Notes under the pieces: model-generated
What the model was told of the DNA's origin: nothing
Seen by the model: only the letters and a program-made list of their open reading frames with translations
Database searches by the model: none
Virus record (IMG/VR): IMGVR_UViG_3300033463_000073
Span: 19,751 to 83,750 of that record
DNA: 64,000 bases
Strand: one strand, 5' to 3'
Origin: a virus
Lineage: Duplodnaviria; Caudoviricetes
Part shown: positions 15,903 through 24,940 of the stretch, piece by piece
How positions within the stretch are numbered: the first letter of the stretch is position 1
How the letters are laid out: every line of letters begins with the position of its first letter
Translations under genes and position numbers: made by a program

Positions 15903-17688
15903 GTTCTACAATCTCGTTGTACATTCTCTCCATCTCTGCGTATGCGATGTCGTGACAGCCTGCGGTCAGAATGTCGTTCTTGTACCCACTGACTGTGTAC
16001 GTGCCGTTGCCCTTCGTGTTCCACTCCATCGGCTTGAACGACTTCGGGTCGTCGTGCCACTGCTTGACCTTCTTGAACCACAACTTTGCAACCGCAACAG
16101 GAACACGCACGTTCTTGCTCGACTCCACATACGTCTTGTCGAGGTTGAGTCTGAGAAGCACGTTACCGCCATAGTAGAACACATTCTTGCTCGCTGCTTC
16201 TGATTCTGCATCGTAGATGTCAGTGAGGTGCAGTCGCCACAAGTCGCGGAAGCCCTCGATGCCACGCTCGATGCATGCATCAATCTGCTCCTGCTTGACT
16301 TGCTTCTTATACTCTTCCTCTCGCTTTCTCTCCTCTGCCTGACGCTGGCGCTCAATCTCCATTGCACGTTTGCGGGCTTCCTTGTCTGCATAGTGCTTGT
16401 CCTGTCTCTCGATGAACCACGACACAAGGGCGAACTCTTTGTCTGTTGTCAACATTCTCAGATGTGCATCATTCAGATAGATGTCGTCGTCATAAGAGTG
16501 CTTTTTCTCTTTCGTATTCGCTTTTGCCATCTTGAGGATGGAGATTGCCTTGCGGTTGTCCTGCACCTCTTTGCACTTTGCATAGAATCCTGCAATCCAC
16601 TGCTCCTTGTCTTCGCTCTTGCGGAATCCGTCATAGTCAAATTCAACGCGTGTGTCGCACCAGTAGAAGCCGTAGATGTATTCGCCGCTGAGGTCGTATT
16701 CCTCGCCAGTGTACATATTGCGGCACGTCAAGACCATGTCGCTGTATGACTTTCCATGCCACGAGGAATTTTCTTGCGGGTTGCAGCCGACAATCCACCT
16801 GTATGCATTCCACTTGTTCTTCTCGTACTTCTTCTTGCGCTCGTCCTCGTGCTTGCGCCACTCCTTGTGTGCAAGAACTTTGAAATGCAACTCAACACGC
16901 TCCTTTGCAGTGAGCTTACGGATGCCGTCGGCACTCATTTCGTGGCTCATCATGCCTCTGTACCCTCTATACGACACATACGGACTGCCGATGCCGAGAC
17001 GCTTGCACAGGCTTTCCATCTGAATCCTCTTGTCTTCTGACTTGCGGTAGCGTGCGCAGTAGTCGTAGTACTTCTTGTATGTGCCTTGTCCGAATGCAGC
17101 ATCTACGAGCACACGCACTTCTCTCTCGCCCTTGTACAAAGCCTTGACGATAATCTTCTTCCGTTTCCATGTGCCATCCGTGTCGATACGCTTCTTCTTG
17201 AGCCACTTTGGTACAGTTGTGTCCTTGTACATGGAACATAGTTTCTCCACGTACGCCCAATACTCTTCGATGATTCGCTCTGCGTTTTTGTCGAGGTCTT
17301 TCTGCTTGCCGTCGACCATTGCATTGAGAGCGTCGTATATCTCACCAACCCAATAGTCCATGAGTCTCACACGTGCATCGTAGTTAAACTCACCCCAGCC
17401 GAGCAAGTCGCAGCCCTGATAAGTATAGTATCCGCCATGACCATCCTCGTAAGGGAATAGTGTAACGTCCTTCGGGAAGCTGCTCTGCCACAGCTTATGC
17501 CCGTTAGACGTGATGCTTGTATTTCCATGATACACGATGCAGACCTTCTCGTCCACCCACTGGCCGAAGACAGTCGAATAGCTGTAGTAGTTGCGCCCCT
17601 CGATGTGTACACTTGAACCTTTCAGTCCTTTCTCAAAATTGTAGTCTCTGTTGGCGAATCTGTGCGCCACTGTTCCGTTGCTTGCCAT
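15883..17688 (-). CDS. large early hypothetical protein
   Basis: 601 aa, Lys/Tyr/Trp-rich, with a coiled-coil segment. Confidence 0.75.
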   Translation of the reverse strand: MASNGTVAHRFANRDYNFEKGLKGSSVHIEGRNYYSYSTVFGQWVDEKVCIVYHGNTSITSNGHKLWQSSFPKDVTLFPYEDGHGGYYTYQGCDLLGWGEFNYDARVRLMDYWVGEIYDALNAMVDGKQKDLDKNAERIIEEYWAYVEKLCSMYKDTTVPKWLKKKRIDTDGTWKRKKIIVKALYKGEREVRVLVDAAFGQGTYKKYYDYCARYRKSEDKRIQMESLCKRLGIGSPYVSYRGYRGMMSHEMSADGIRKLTAKERVELHFKVLAHKEWRKHEDERKKKYEKNKWNAYRWIVGCNPQENSSWHGKSYSDMVLTCRNMYTGEEYDLSGEYIYGFYWCDTRVEFDYDGFRKSEDKEQWIAGFYAKCKEVQDNRKAISILKMAKANTKEKKHSYDDDIYLNDAHLRMLTTDKEFALVSWFIERQDKHYADKEARKRAMEIERQRQAEERKREEEYKKQVKQEQIDACIERGIEGFRDLWRLHLTDIYDAESEAASKNVFYYGGNVLLRLNLDKTYVESSKNVRVPVAVAKLWFKKVKQWHDDPKSFKPMEWNTKGNGTYTVSGYKNDILTAGCHDIAYAEMERMYNEIVELENNEA

Positions 17689-17726
17689 AATGTTTTAATG
17701 TTTTTAATTGTTAATACTGTTTGTTG

Positions 17727-18017
17727 TTAAAGCCGATAAGTAGTGCGTGCCCTGTATCTGTAGCCGCCATAGTTCTCGTATATTCTGAAGCCCTGCTCCT
17801 TCATGATTCTGTTTATTTCATCATGATAGCACTGTCCTGCCATGAAATCAAACACTTGAGAGTCTGCTTTCGGCTTGTCGTCAGTCTCCCACCATCCGCA
17901 CACGAGCTCAAGGCTTTCTCCGTCCTTGCACTTCTTTGCGCAGTCCTCGACGATTTCAAGAACCATCTGCTCGATTGTCTTGCCTTTTAGATTGGCATAT
18001 TTCTCTGCAATAGTCAT
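17727..18017 (-). CDS. hypothetical protein
   Basis: Likely start MTIAEKY overlapping upstream stop. Confidence 0.5.
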   Translation of the reverse strand: MTIAEKYANLKGKTIEQMVLEIVEDCAKKCKDGESLELVCGWWETDDKPKADSQVFDFMAGQCYHDEINRIMKEQGFRIYENYGGYRYRARTTYRL

Positions 18018-18199
18018 ACCCTGTCCTCCTCTGTATTGATTACGTCCACGTCCTCGATGTCCTCTTCTGGGAAATCCGTACTTGCGAGGTACGAACATGC
18101 GTCCATCAATGCCTCGTCCTTGTTCTCACCGATGCCGCTACATGGCAGCACCACACCGCTTGCCAATGTGACAAGCACCAAAAATGCCTTTGCTTTCAT
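18014..18199 (-). CDS. hypothetical protein
   Basis: 61 aa acidic ORF with leader motif. Confidence 0.5.
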   Translation of the reverse strand: MKAKAFLVLVTLASGVVLPCSGIGENKDEALMDACSYLASTDFPEEDIEDVDVINTEEDRV

Positions 18200-18532
18200 A
18201 ATGATGATGTTTTAATTGTTTATTGATGTCTGTCAGCGTGGCGGGCGTGTCGATAGTGGCTGCGCCCACCTTCTGCCGTTTACTGTATGTCCATGTATGC
18301 AATACCGTTCCCTCTCCCGCTTACGACGCAAAGAAGGTGGTTCTTTAACACATACCTCATAATTTCCTCGTGGTCTGTAGAAAACATCAGGGTAAACTCA
18401 ACATCCATGCAGTATGCGTTATAGGCGAATTTATCCACCCTGCACACGTATTTTCTGTTGTGACACTTGTTCTTCTCGTTGAGCCGTCTGAAGAGTGACT
18501 TCAGCTCTTTCAATTGCTTGTTTGTCATAATG

Positions 18533-18631
18533 CTACTTGTTCTTAAATTGATACTCATGTTTTGCGTCGCTGAATATGCATGCACCGCCTGCGACCAAGA
18601 CGATGCCAACGATGATAGATAATGTAATCAT
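18533..18631 (-). CDS. small hydrophobic peptide
   Basis: MITLSIIVGIVLVAGGACIFSDAKHEYQFKNK (32 aa, manual). Confidence 0.4.
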   Translation of the reverse strand: MITLSIIVGIVLVAGGACIFSDAKHEYQFKNK

Positions 18632-18794
18632 GCCTTTGCTATTAAATACAATTCGCTCCATGTATCGCAACCGAAATAACGAGGGTTGTTGTACTCTTCA
18701 TCTGCTTGCTGCAACACGTTCCAATACTCACGGTTTGCCCAATACTGAGCCTCAAATATCTGCCATGCGATTTCGCACTCAATTTCCTTCTGTG

Positions 18795-19256
18795 TCATAC
18801 TATTCTGCTTAATTCGTGATAATAGTCCCATGTCTTGGTGCTCCAGCCGCTGCGCACTGCGTTTGCTTTGCTGAGTTGATACATCATGTCGCGCAACTCC
18901 CTGCGGTCGCGTGCCTTAATTTGCTCCATGACCCAGTCCGCGTGTTGCTGCTGCGTCGGATAGTCCATGTAATAGAACATATCGCGGTCGAAGTCCCTGC
19001 GCTTTGCGTACTTGACGATATGCGCCACCAAGCGGTCGAACACCTTGCCGATGCGCTGCTGCTCCTTGATTGCAGCCCACAATTTGCCTGCTTTGTGCGG
19101 ATTCGACTTGCACCAAGCACGACAGAACTTGTCCTTGTCGCCTATAAAAGCGTTATAAGCCATCTCGATTTCCACATATTCCTCCGCCGTGGGCTGATAG
19201 CCTGTGCGGTCGATAAACTCACTTAACAACATAATCAATCCTCCAACTTTTGCCAA
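18795..19256 (-). CDS. hypothetical protein
   Basis: 153 aa ORF. Confidence 0.6.
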   Translation of the reverse strand: MAKVGGLIMLLSEFIDRTGYQPTAEEYVEIEMAYNAFIGDKDKFCRAWCKSNPHKAGKLWAAIKEQQRIGKVFDRLVAHIVKYAKRRDFDRDMFYYMDYPTQQQHADWVMEQIKARDRRELRDMMYQLSKANAVRSGWSTKTWDYYHELSRIV

Positions 19257-19510
19257 ATTGCCAACAACTCCATATCCTCTCGCTCCCTGTCAGGGCTGCA
19301 TATATATTCTATCTGCGCACCTGCCTCTATGTCGCCCTCGTTGTCGTTTCCATCCCACAGACACCAATCGAGACACGGGAACGCTTTTTTAAGTTCTCCG
19401 TAAACACTGAAACTTCCGTAGATAAACTTAAATTCGTAATCCCTGCTATAAATAAACATGATTGGCTCGTCGTCTTGCATGACAGCCACCTGTAAATTGT
19501 ACTTTGCCAT
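19235..19510 (-). CDS. hypothetical protein
   Basis: 91 aa ORF. Confidence 0.5.
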   Translation of the reverse strand: MAKYNLQVAVMQDDEPIMFIYSRDYEFKFIYGSFSVYGELKKAFPCLDWCLWDGNDNEGDIEAGAQIEYICSPDREREDMELLAIWQKLED

Positions 19511-20018
19511 ATTTATGCCTCCTCTATTACTATGTGATGATACTTGAATCCGTACTTGCGCAGGCTGAACTCCAGCTCAAGCGCCTCTCTCTGTGCCTTC
19601 TCGATGCTTTTGCAGATGGTCGGGCAGAAGCCTCTCAGACAATAGCCCCTTGCGTCTGCTGGATATACACGTGTCCTCATATTTCGCCCTCCTATAACTT
19701 TATTACTTCTGCACGCTCGTTGTGCATGCGCATCTGCACGCACAAATCGTCACACACCTGCTTTGTGTCTTGGAACAACACGACGCCTGCGACGACGACA
19801 GCCCACAACACGATGCTCTTAGGGCAGTAAGGCGTACCAACCTTTACTGCGCCCTGCTTCTTAATCCTTTGTCTCATAATGCTTTTTGTTTTAAATTGTT
19901 TGCTACCCAAAAAGGTGGGCACACGTATGCACCCACCTGTCTGACGCACTATGCCTAAAGCCTGTTTATGCACGCATAGTCGTGCCTGTGCAATTTTCTC
20001 GCATGGTTACGCACCTGC

Positions 20019-20414
20019 TTACTTTGCGGCCTCGATGCTCTGTGCGAGCACCTGAAACACCTTGCGAGGAGTCCACGATGTCACCTTGCGCAGCACGGGA
20101 ATCTGCACCTCTTTGTCGCTTGCATCCTTCTGCTTCTTCATGCCCCAGATACCCACGTAGTCGTTGCCCTTCTTATCCGTGCCGTGCAGATTCTTATGCA
20201 CCTTCTCGAAGAACGCTGCTGGAGTCAGCTTTTCTGCATCCACGTCCACACCAACGGCTGCGAATACTTCTCTGTAGCCTGCTTTGAGAAGCTGGCTGCG
20301 CTGAATATCCTTTAGCACGCTGCTGATGCTGCGATACTCTTTGTCTGCACTACGCATAGAACCTGCTACGCCCTTTAATAACTCACTTGCATTGTTGATA
20401 AAATCGTACTTCAT
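20019..20414 (-). CDS. first gene of early arm, hypothetical
   Basis: 131 aa, strong leader motif. Confidence 0.65.
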   Translation of the reverse strand: MKYDFINNASELLKGVAGSMRSADKEYRSISSVLKDIQRSQLLKAGYREVFAAVGVDVDAEKLTPAAFFEKVHKNLHGTDKKGNDYVGIWGMKKQKDASDKEVQIPVLRKVTSWTPRKVFQVLAQSIEAAK

Positions 20415-20429
20415 AATTGTAATGTTTTA

Positions 20430-20945
20430 AATTTCTGCGATATTGCATTGTAAGCGCATAGGAATTGAACCTATTATGACGACACAATGTGCCTGCATAG
20501 CAAACCTGCGCACCCTTTGTTAGTGCCACCTTTGTTTTTCCCATTTCGGTACTCTTTTCGTCAATGTTAAGTGCCCATGTGTACTTTCGTACGGGCACAA
20601 AATAGCACAATACTTTTTTGCTGTCTCCGCCGTGGTGCACCGCATTTCGCTGCTCTTCCACTTTCTTTGCCCCTGATTCGGGTTACAAAGTGCCCACGCC
20701 TACTTTGCTATGGAATGCATTTCGACCCCGTCACTGAAATGTCAGCTCACACCACGGCTTATAATAAGCCCATTCTTTGAGTTGCGGGCAACCCTATAGT
20801 AATTGACGTTTACTATATCAGCGTACAGACGTATTTTTTCAATTTCTGTTACCAAGCCCCGTCTGTCGGCTCTGAGTCTGTCGCCTATTTCAGGCACTCA
20901 ATTTAGTTGTTTATCTTCTATCTGTTTCGTATTATTTAATTTTCT
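20430..20945 (-). ncRNA. candidate large structured ncRNA/5' leader ending in a tRNA-like T arm
   Basis: 9-bp long-range helix 20629-20637/20750-20758, several GAAA-capped stems, T arm ATAGG-TTCAATT-CCTAT (20458-20474). Confidence 0.5.
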
Positions 20946-20950
20946 TGGTG

Positions 20951-20958
20951 CAAAGTTA
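20951..20958 (-). promoter_or_regulatory. -7 promoter heading the early arm
   Basis: TAACTTTG, inside an inverted repeat GGTGCAAA...TTTGCACC. Confidence 0.65.
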
Positions 20959-21714
20959 CGGCGATATTTGCACCTATACAAACAATTTCGACAAATAGGC
21001 GTATTTTCTCGACAAAATAACATATTTTATCTATAATAGGTATTTTTACCATGTAATTATTTGACAAAAGTTTAAATATACACTATAATAATATTATATA
21101 AACTATTGATTATCAGATAGTTATGAATAAAAATATTATATACGTATTAAAATTATTGATAGTCATGGGGAAAAATTGCACATTTTTCTATTTTTGTGCA
21201 ATTTATCCATAGAGTTATAAAGCGTAATAGTGTATTAATATAATAGTACACCCTATTTTATTATAATAATGTACGCGCGAAAAAGTTTCTTTCTTTTATA
21301 TTTTCTTTCTTTCTCTATATACTGGATAGATTAATATTTAGATTAATGTTATTATGTATTAGTGTTTAAGTACAAATAATATATTATGGTGTAAAGAGTA
21401 AAATGATAGCAAATAATAACTTTATATCATCATCATAAAAGAATGATGGCGTAAAAACTGGAAAACGGCTAAATAGACATAATGATAATAAACGAACGTA
21501 TTTAAAACGTATTTTTAACCCTAAAAAGATAGTAGATAAAATACGGCTTAAAATGTACGAAAACAGACGAAAGTAAACAGACGGGCGGGGTGATGTGAGC
21601 AAAGCGAAAGGATATGGTGCAAGTAGTCCTTCCAGAAAATCGAAAACGAAAAATTTTAAAAAATTAAAAAATGAGATTTTCACCAAAACGTTTGGTAGTT
21701 TCAAATAATTATTG

Positions 21715-21722
21715 TACTTTTG
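21715..21722 (+). promoter_or_regulatory. -7 promoter for GIY-YIG gene
   Basis: TACTTTTG followed by CA. Confidence 0.65.
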
Positions 21723-21761
21723 CACTGTGAATTTATTGTTTAATATTAAAAGATTGGGATT

Positions 21762-23000
21762 ATGGATTTGGAAGAAGTTAAGAAGTTAAGGATTAGCTGT
21801 ATTTACAGGATTACGTTTCCAGATGGCAAGTATTATGTCGGTCATACGAAGAACTTGTGTGAGCGTGTGCAGTTGTATGAGCGTAATTTGGATGATTCGA
21901 GCGACAAGTCTCGTGTGATGTGCGCTTTGCGTGAGTGTGGTATTAGGAATGTATCTTGGGACGTGCTATGCGCCGTTAGTGTCAAGTGTGACGAAGATTT
22001 GAAGCTATGCTTGTCTATTTTGGAGATTAAGTACATCAGGGAGAACGGCTGTATTTATCCTAATGGCTACAACACAAGCATCGGTGGTGAGCTGTTGGGT
22101 ATTCCGTCTGATGTCATCGAGATGAAATTCGGAGTTGATGCTACTGGTTATGCGCCAAAACCTGTTCTTGTCTATGATGCTGAAGGCAATTTTATGTCTG
22201 AGCATGCGTCGATAGGAAGGTGTGCGTATGCGCTTGGCGTTGACGTGAACGATGTCAAGCGTCATATCGGTAAAGTTTCCCTTGTTAGGGGTACTTACAT
22301 GGTTCGTGAGAAGAAGTACAGAGAAGTACCGAGTAAGATTGTGCCGTTCGAGCCGTCTGTATCCGTCCGTCATGTGACGAAGACGGAGTATGATGTCGTA
22401 AGGGAGAAGATATACAGGAAGGTTGAGATTACGAATGCTGCTATCATGTACGACAAGGACGGTAATTATGTAGGTTTGTTCGATAACTCCAATCATTCGC
22501 GTCATTTCCTTCGTCTCGACTTTGCCTGTCCGTTTGGTCGTGAGACTCGTGGGATGTATCTTTTTCACTACAACGGAGGTGAGATTAAGAAGAGTATCGG
22601 GCGCATAACGTCGAAGGTTGTCAAGACGATTCTGTATGATGATATTCTTGCTTACGGAGACAGAGACGATATAGGGAGTCTTATATCTTTCGATATTGAC
22701 ATTGAGTCGGAGGTTGAGGAAGAGTGTGACGACAAGAAGAGAGCAAGAAAAAACGATGTCATCAAGAAGGAGAGGGTGTCGCGTCCAGTATCGTGCTATA
22801 CGCTCATTGGCGAGTATGTGAATACATTTTCTTCTGTCGTTGAAGCAGCCGACGAGCTCGGTATGCACGCATCTGCAATACGCTCTTGTATAGCGAGGAC
22901 ATGCAGGCGTGCTGGCGAATACGTCTTCCGATACGCTGACGAGGACTTGGATTTGCCAGAGTTTAGCTCAGTGACACTTAAAAAGTACGTCAAAAAGTGA
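21762..23000 (+). CDS. GIY-YIG homing endonuclease with NUMOD1-like repeats
   Basis: CIYRITFPDGKYYVGHT; KPVLVYDAEGNF and RPVSCYTLIGEYVNTFSSVVEAADELG repeats. Confidence 0.8.
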   Translation: MDLEEVKKLRISCIYRITFPDGKYYVGHTKNLCERVQLYERNLDDSSDKSRVMCALRECGIRNVSWDVLCAVSVKCDEDLKLCLSILEIKYIRENGCIYPNGYNTSIGGELLGIPSDVIEMKFGVDATGYAPKPVLVYDAEGNFMSEHASIGRCAYALGVDVNDVKRHIGKVSLVRGTYMVREKKYREVPSKIVPFEPSVSVRHVTKTEYDVVREKIYRKVEITNAAIMYDKDGNYVGLFDNSNHSRHFLRLDFACPFGRETRGMYLFHYNGGEIKKSIGRITSKVVKTILYDDILAYGDRDDIGSLISFDIDIESEVEEECDDKKRARKNDVIKKERVSRPVSCYTLIGEYVNTFSSVVEAADELGMHASAIRSCIARTCRRAGEYVFRYADEDLDLPEFSSVTLKKYVKK

Positions 23001-23079
23001 AATCTCGGTAAAATTGTTGTCGGTGTGAGGATTTTGTGTTATCTTTGCACCGACTTCTAATAAATTCACAGATTTTCGG

Positions 23080-23111
23080 TCGTCATCGTTGTGAAACGGT
23101 GGCGGCTTTTG
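23080..23111 (+). terminator. intrinsic terminator shortly after promoter 23040-23047
   Basis: GTCGTCATCGTT-GTGA-AACGGTGGCGGC followed by TTTT. Confidence 0.6.
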
Positions 23112-23285
23112 TATTCTATAGTCGCAGAATCGTCGTAGATGTCGTTTTTAAGCTCTCTGACAGCATAACGCCAGCGGTATAGTATAATTGTCCACCGAGC
23201 CGAAATTCGTCGATTCTGAGCGATTTCTGAAGGTTTTTTTGTTTTTTTCTTGGTTGTTTGGCTTAAAAGCAGTACTTTTGCAGCC

Positions 23286-24152
23286 ATGAGAGAGGAATTG
23301 GAAGAGAAAATCAGGCAGAGTACGCTTCTTATACGTCACGCATACAGGCATGCGACGTGGCAGGACAAGAAGCTGGAGGTTGCCATCAGTGGCGGAAAGG
23401 ACTCTGATGTCCTGATAGAGCTGTGCAAGATGGCTTGGGTGTGGGGCAAGGACGGTCTGAGGCCGTTGCATAGGGTTACGACCATAGACCCTCCCTATAC
23501 GATTAGGCACTGTATGGAGCAGGGGGTTGAGATACGCCGTCCGAAGCGTGATTTTGCCCATTGCATACTCAGGAGCGGCTTCCCTACGATGTTCCAGCGC
23601 CACTGCTGCGGAGAGCTGAAGGAGTTCGCTGTCGAGGACTACGTCCTTATAGGCGTCAGGAAGAGCGAGAGCGTCCACAGGAGCAAGCGATACACCTGCG
23701 ACCAAGAGCTCAGGTCTTACGGCAACGGTGGCGGGAGGAATATGCAGTACTATCCTCTCCTGAACTGGACTGACGAGGACGTGGCTGAGTTCATAGAGGA
23801 GCGTAAGATTAAGTGCCATCCCCTGTACTACGACGAGAACGGCAATTTCCATGTGGAGAGAAGGCTTGGATGCATGGGATGCCCGCTGATGTACTACAGG
23901 AAGCGCATAGAGGATTTTAAGCGTCATCCGAAGATGGTTCGTTTCTGGTGCAGATGGGGCAAGCAGTACTTTGATACGCATCCTGACGTCAAGACGCACG
24001 AATATTTCTCTGACGTGTTCGAGTGGTTTGTGTGCAATACGTTCTACAATGATATGGACGACTACAACAGGAAGTGGGAGCACGACAGGGACGGAAAGAC
24101 TGCGAAGGAGTTCCTTGAGGAGTACTTCTCTATAAGCCTTGATAACTTATAG
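23286..24152 (+). CDS. PAPS reductase-family protein (CysH/DndC-like)
   Basis: SGGKDS PP-loop, CCGELK, GVRKSES-x-x-R, YPLLNWT, RLGCMGCP; own promoter at 23273-23280. Confidence 0.85.
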   Translation: MREELEEKIRQSTLLIRHAYRHATWQDKKLEVAISGGKDSDVLIELCKMAWVWGKDGLRPLHRVTTIDPPYTIRHCMEQGVEIRRPKRDFAHCILRSGFPTMFQRHCCGELKEFAVEDYVLIGVRKSESVHRSKRYTCDQELRSYGNGGGRNMQYYPLLNWTDEDVAEFIEERKIKCHPLYYDENGNFHVERRLGCMGCPLMYYRKRIEDFKRHPKMVRFWCRWGKQYFDTHPDVKTHEYFSDVFEWFVCNTFYNDMDDYNRKWEHDRDGKTAKEFLEEYFSISLDNL

Positions 24153-24294
24153 CTCCTTTTTTTATTTGCAGAGTAAATCCAAAAAAGAAGTAAGTTGCTG
24201 AAAATCAGCGTATTTTTATTTGCTTGTAATTTGCTTTTGTTTTTTTCTGCCATGGATTTCAAGAAAAGAGCTGATTTTACGCGCGCGTGTATAT

Positions 24295-24370
24295 GTAATA
24301 CTTATACATAGTAGACACTATAATATAGTAATACTTATATAATAGTATACACTTAAACATAGTAATACTT
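24295..24370. repeat. three phased GTAATACTT repeats in AT-rich DNA
   Basis: Copies at 24295, 24328 and 24362 (spacing 33 and 34 bp). Confidence 0.7.
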
Positions 24371-24496
24371 GTATAAAAGTGTAACTATATGTTAAAGTTG
24401 TGTTAAAGTCTGGATAAGATTATAAATATTTCAAGAACTATGTCTATATTTGCAGCGAATTTCATTATTTATTTACGTTAAACAGAGAGAAATATT

Positions 24497-24805
24497 ATGT
24501 ATTTGACAAGAGAACAGAGATGGGAGCTGACTCGGAAGATTGGCTTGTTCGGTCTGAGTGACCTGCGCAAGCTTGCTCCTATCGGAGACTTGGGTTACGA
24601 GAACGGTTGGTATCCTCCGTATTTCGGGAATACTCACATGTGGCTGGACGTTATGCTGCCGCGTCTGATTATGAAGGCGTTCTGGGAGCAGAAGGAGAAG
24701 TACGGATTTGAGGTTGACGGCTACAGCGACGGTTGGGCTGGCACAGACCACCATTCGTGGTGCAAGTCCCTGAGCCTGTACTGGCATTGTGATTCAAGCG
24801 GATGA
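24497..24805 (+). CDS. hypothetical protein
   Basis: 102 aa after promoter 24445-24452. Confidence 0.6.
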   Translation: MYLTREQRWELTRKIGLFGLSDLRKLAPIGDLGYENGWYPPYFGNTHMWLDVMLPRLIMKAFWEQKEKYGFEVDGYSDGWAGTDHHSWCKSLSLYWHCDSSG

Positions 24806-24812
24806 CATGGTT

Positions 24813-24860
24813 ATGAGAGAGATTAAGTTTAGAGGAAGGAGAAGAGGGGTGCTCTTATGA
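24813..24860 (+). pseudogene. YopX N-terminal stub
   Basis: MREIKFRGRRRGVLL*; compare MREIMFRG at 25552. Confidence 0.55.
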
Positions 24861-24940
24861 CTAAGTATTATTTTGTCGCTCGCGTCTCGGAGTTCCTGTG
24901 GGATTGGCTGAATACAAGTTTAAAACAAAAATAGGATTAT

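Noticed and set aside
15597-15960. Diversity-generating retroelement TR/VR pair
   Set aside because: Differences between copies include C/T, C/G and G/A at synonymous positions rather than being adenine-specific, and no reverse transcriptase is present in the window
20560-20760. Hammerhead ribozyme or RNase P
   Set aside because: CTGA and GAAA words are present, but a complete CUGANGA/GAAA core or the RNase P P4 consensus could not be assembled by eye
21384-21725. 113-aa minus-strand ORF in the AT-rich gap
   Set aside because: Low-complexity Phe/Leu-rich translation overlapping a promoter region; likely spurious
23148-24083. 311-aa antisense ORF, and similar long shadow ORFs such as 40818-41699, 50890-51777 and 22005-22868
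   Set aside because: They overlap well-supported genes on the opposite strand and have no recognisable motifs
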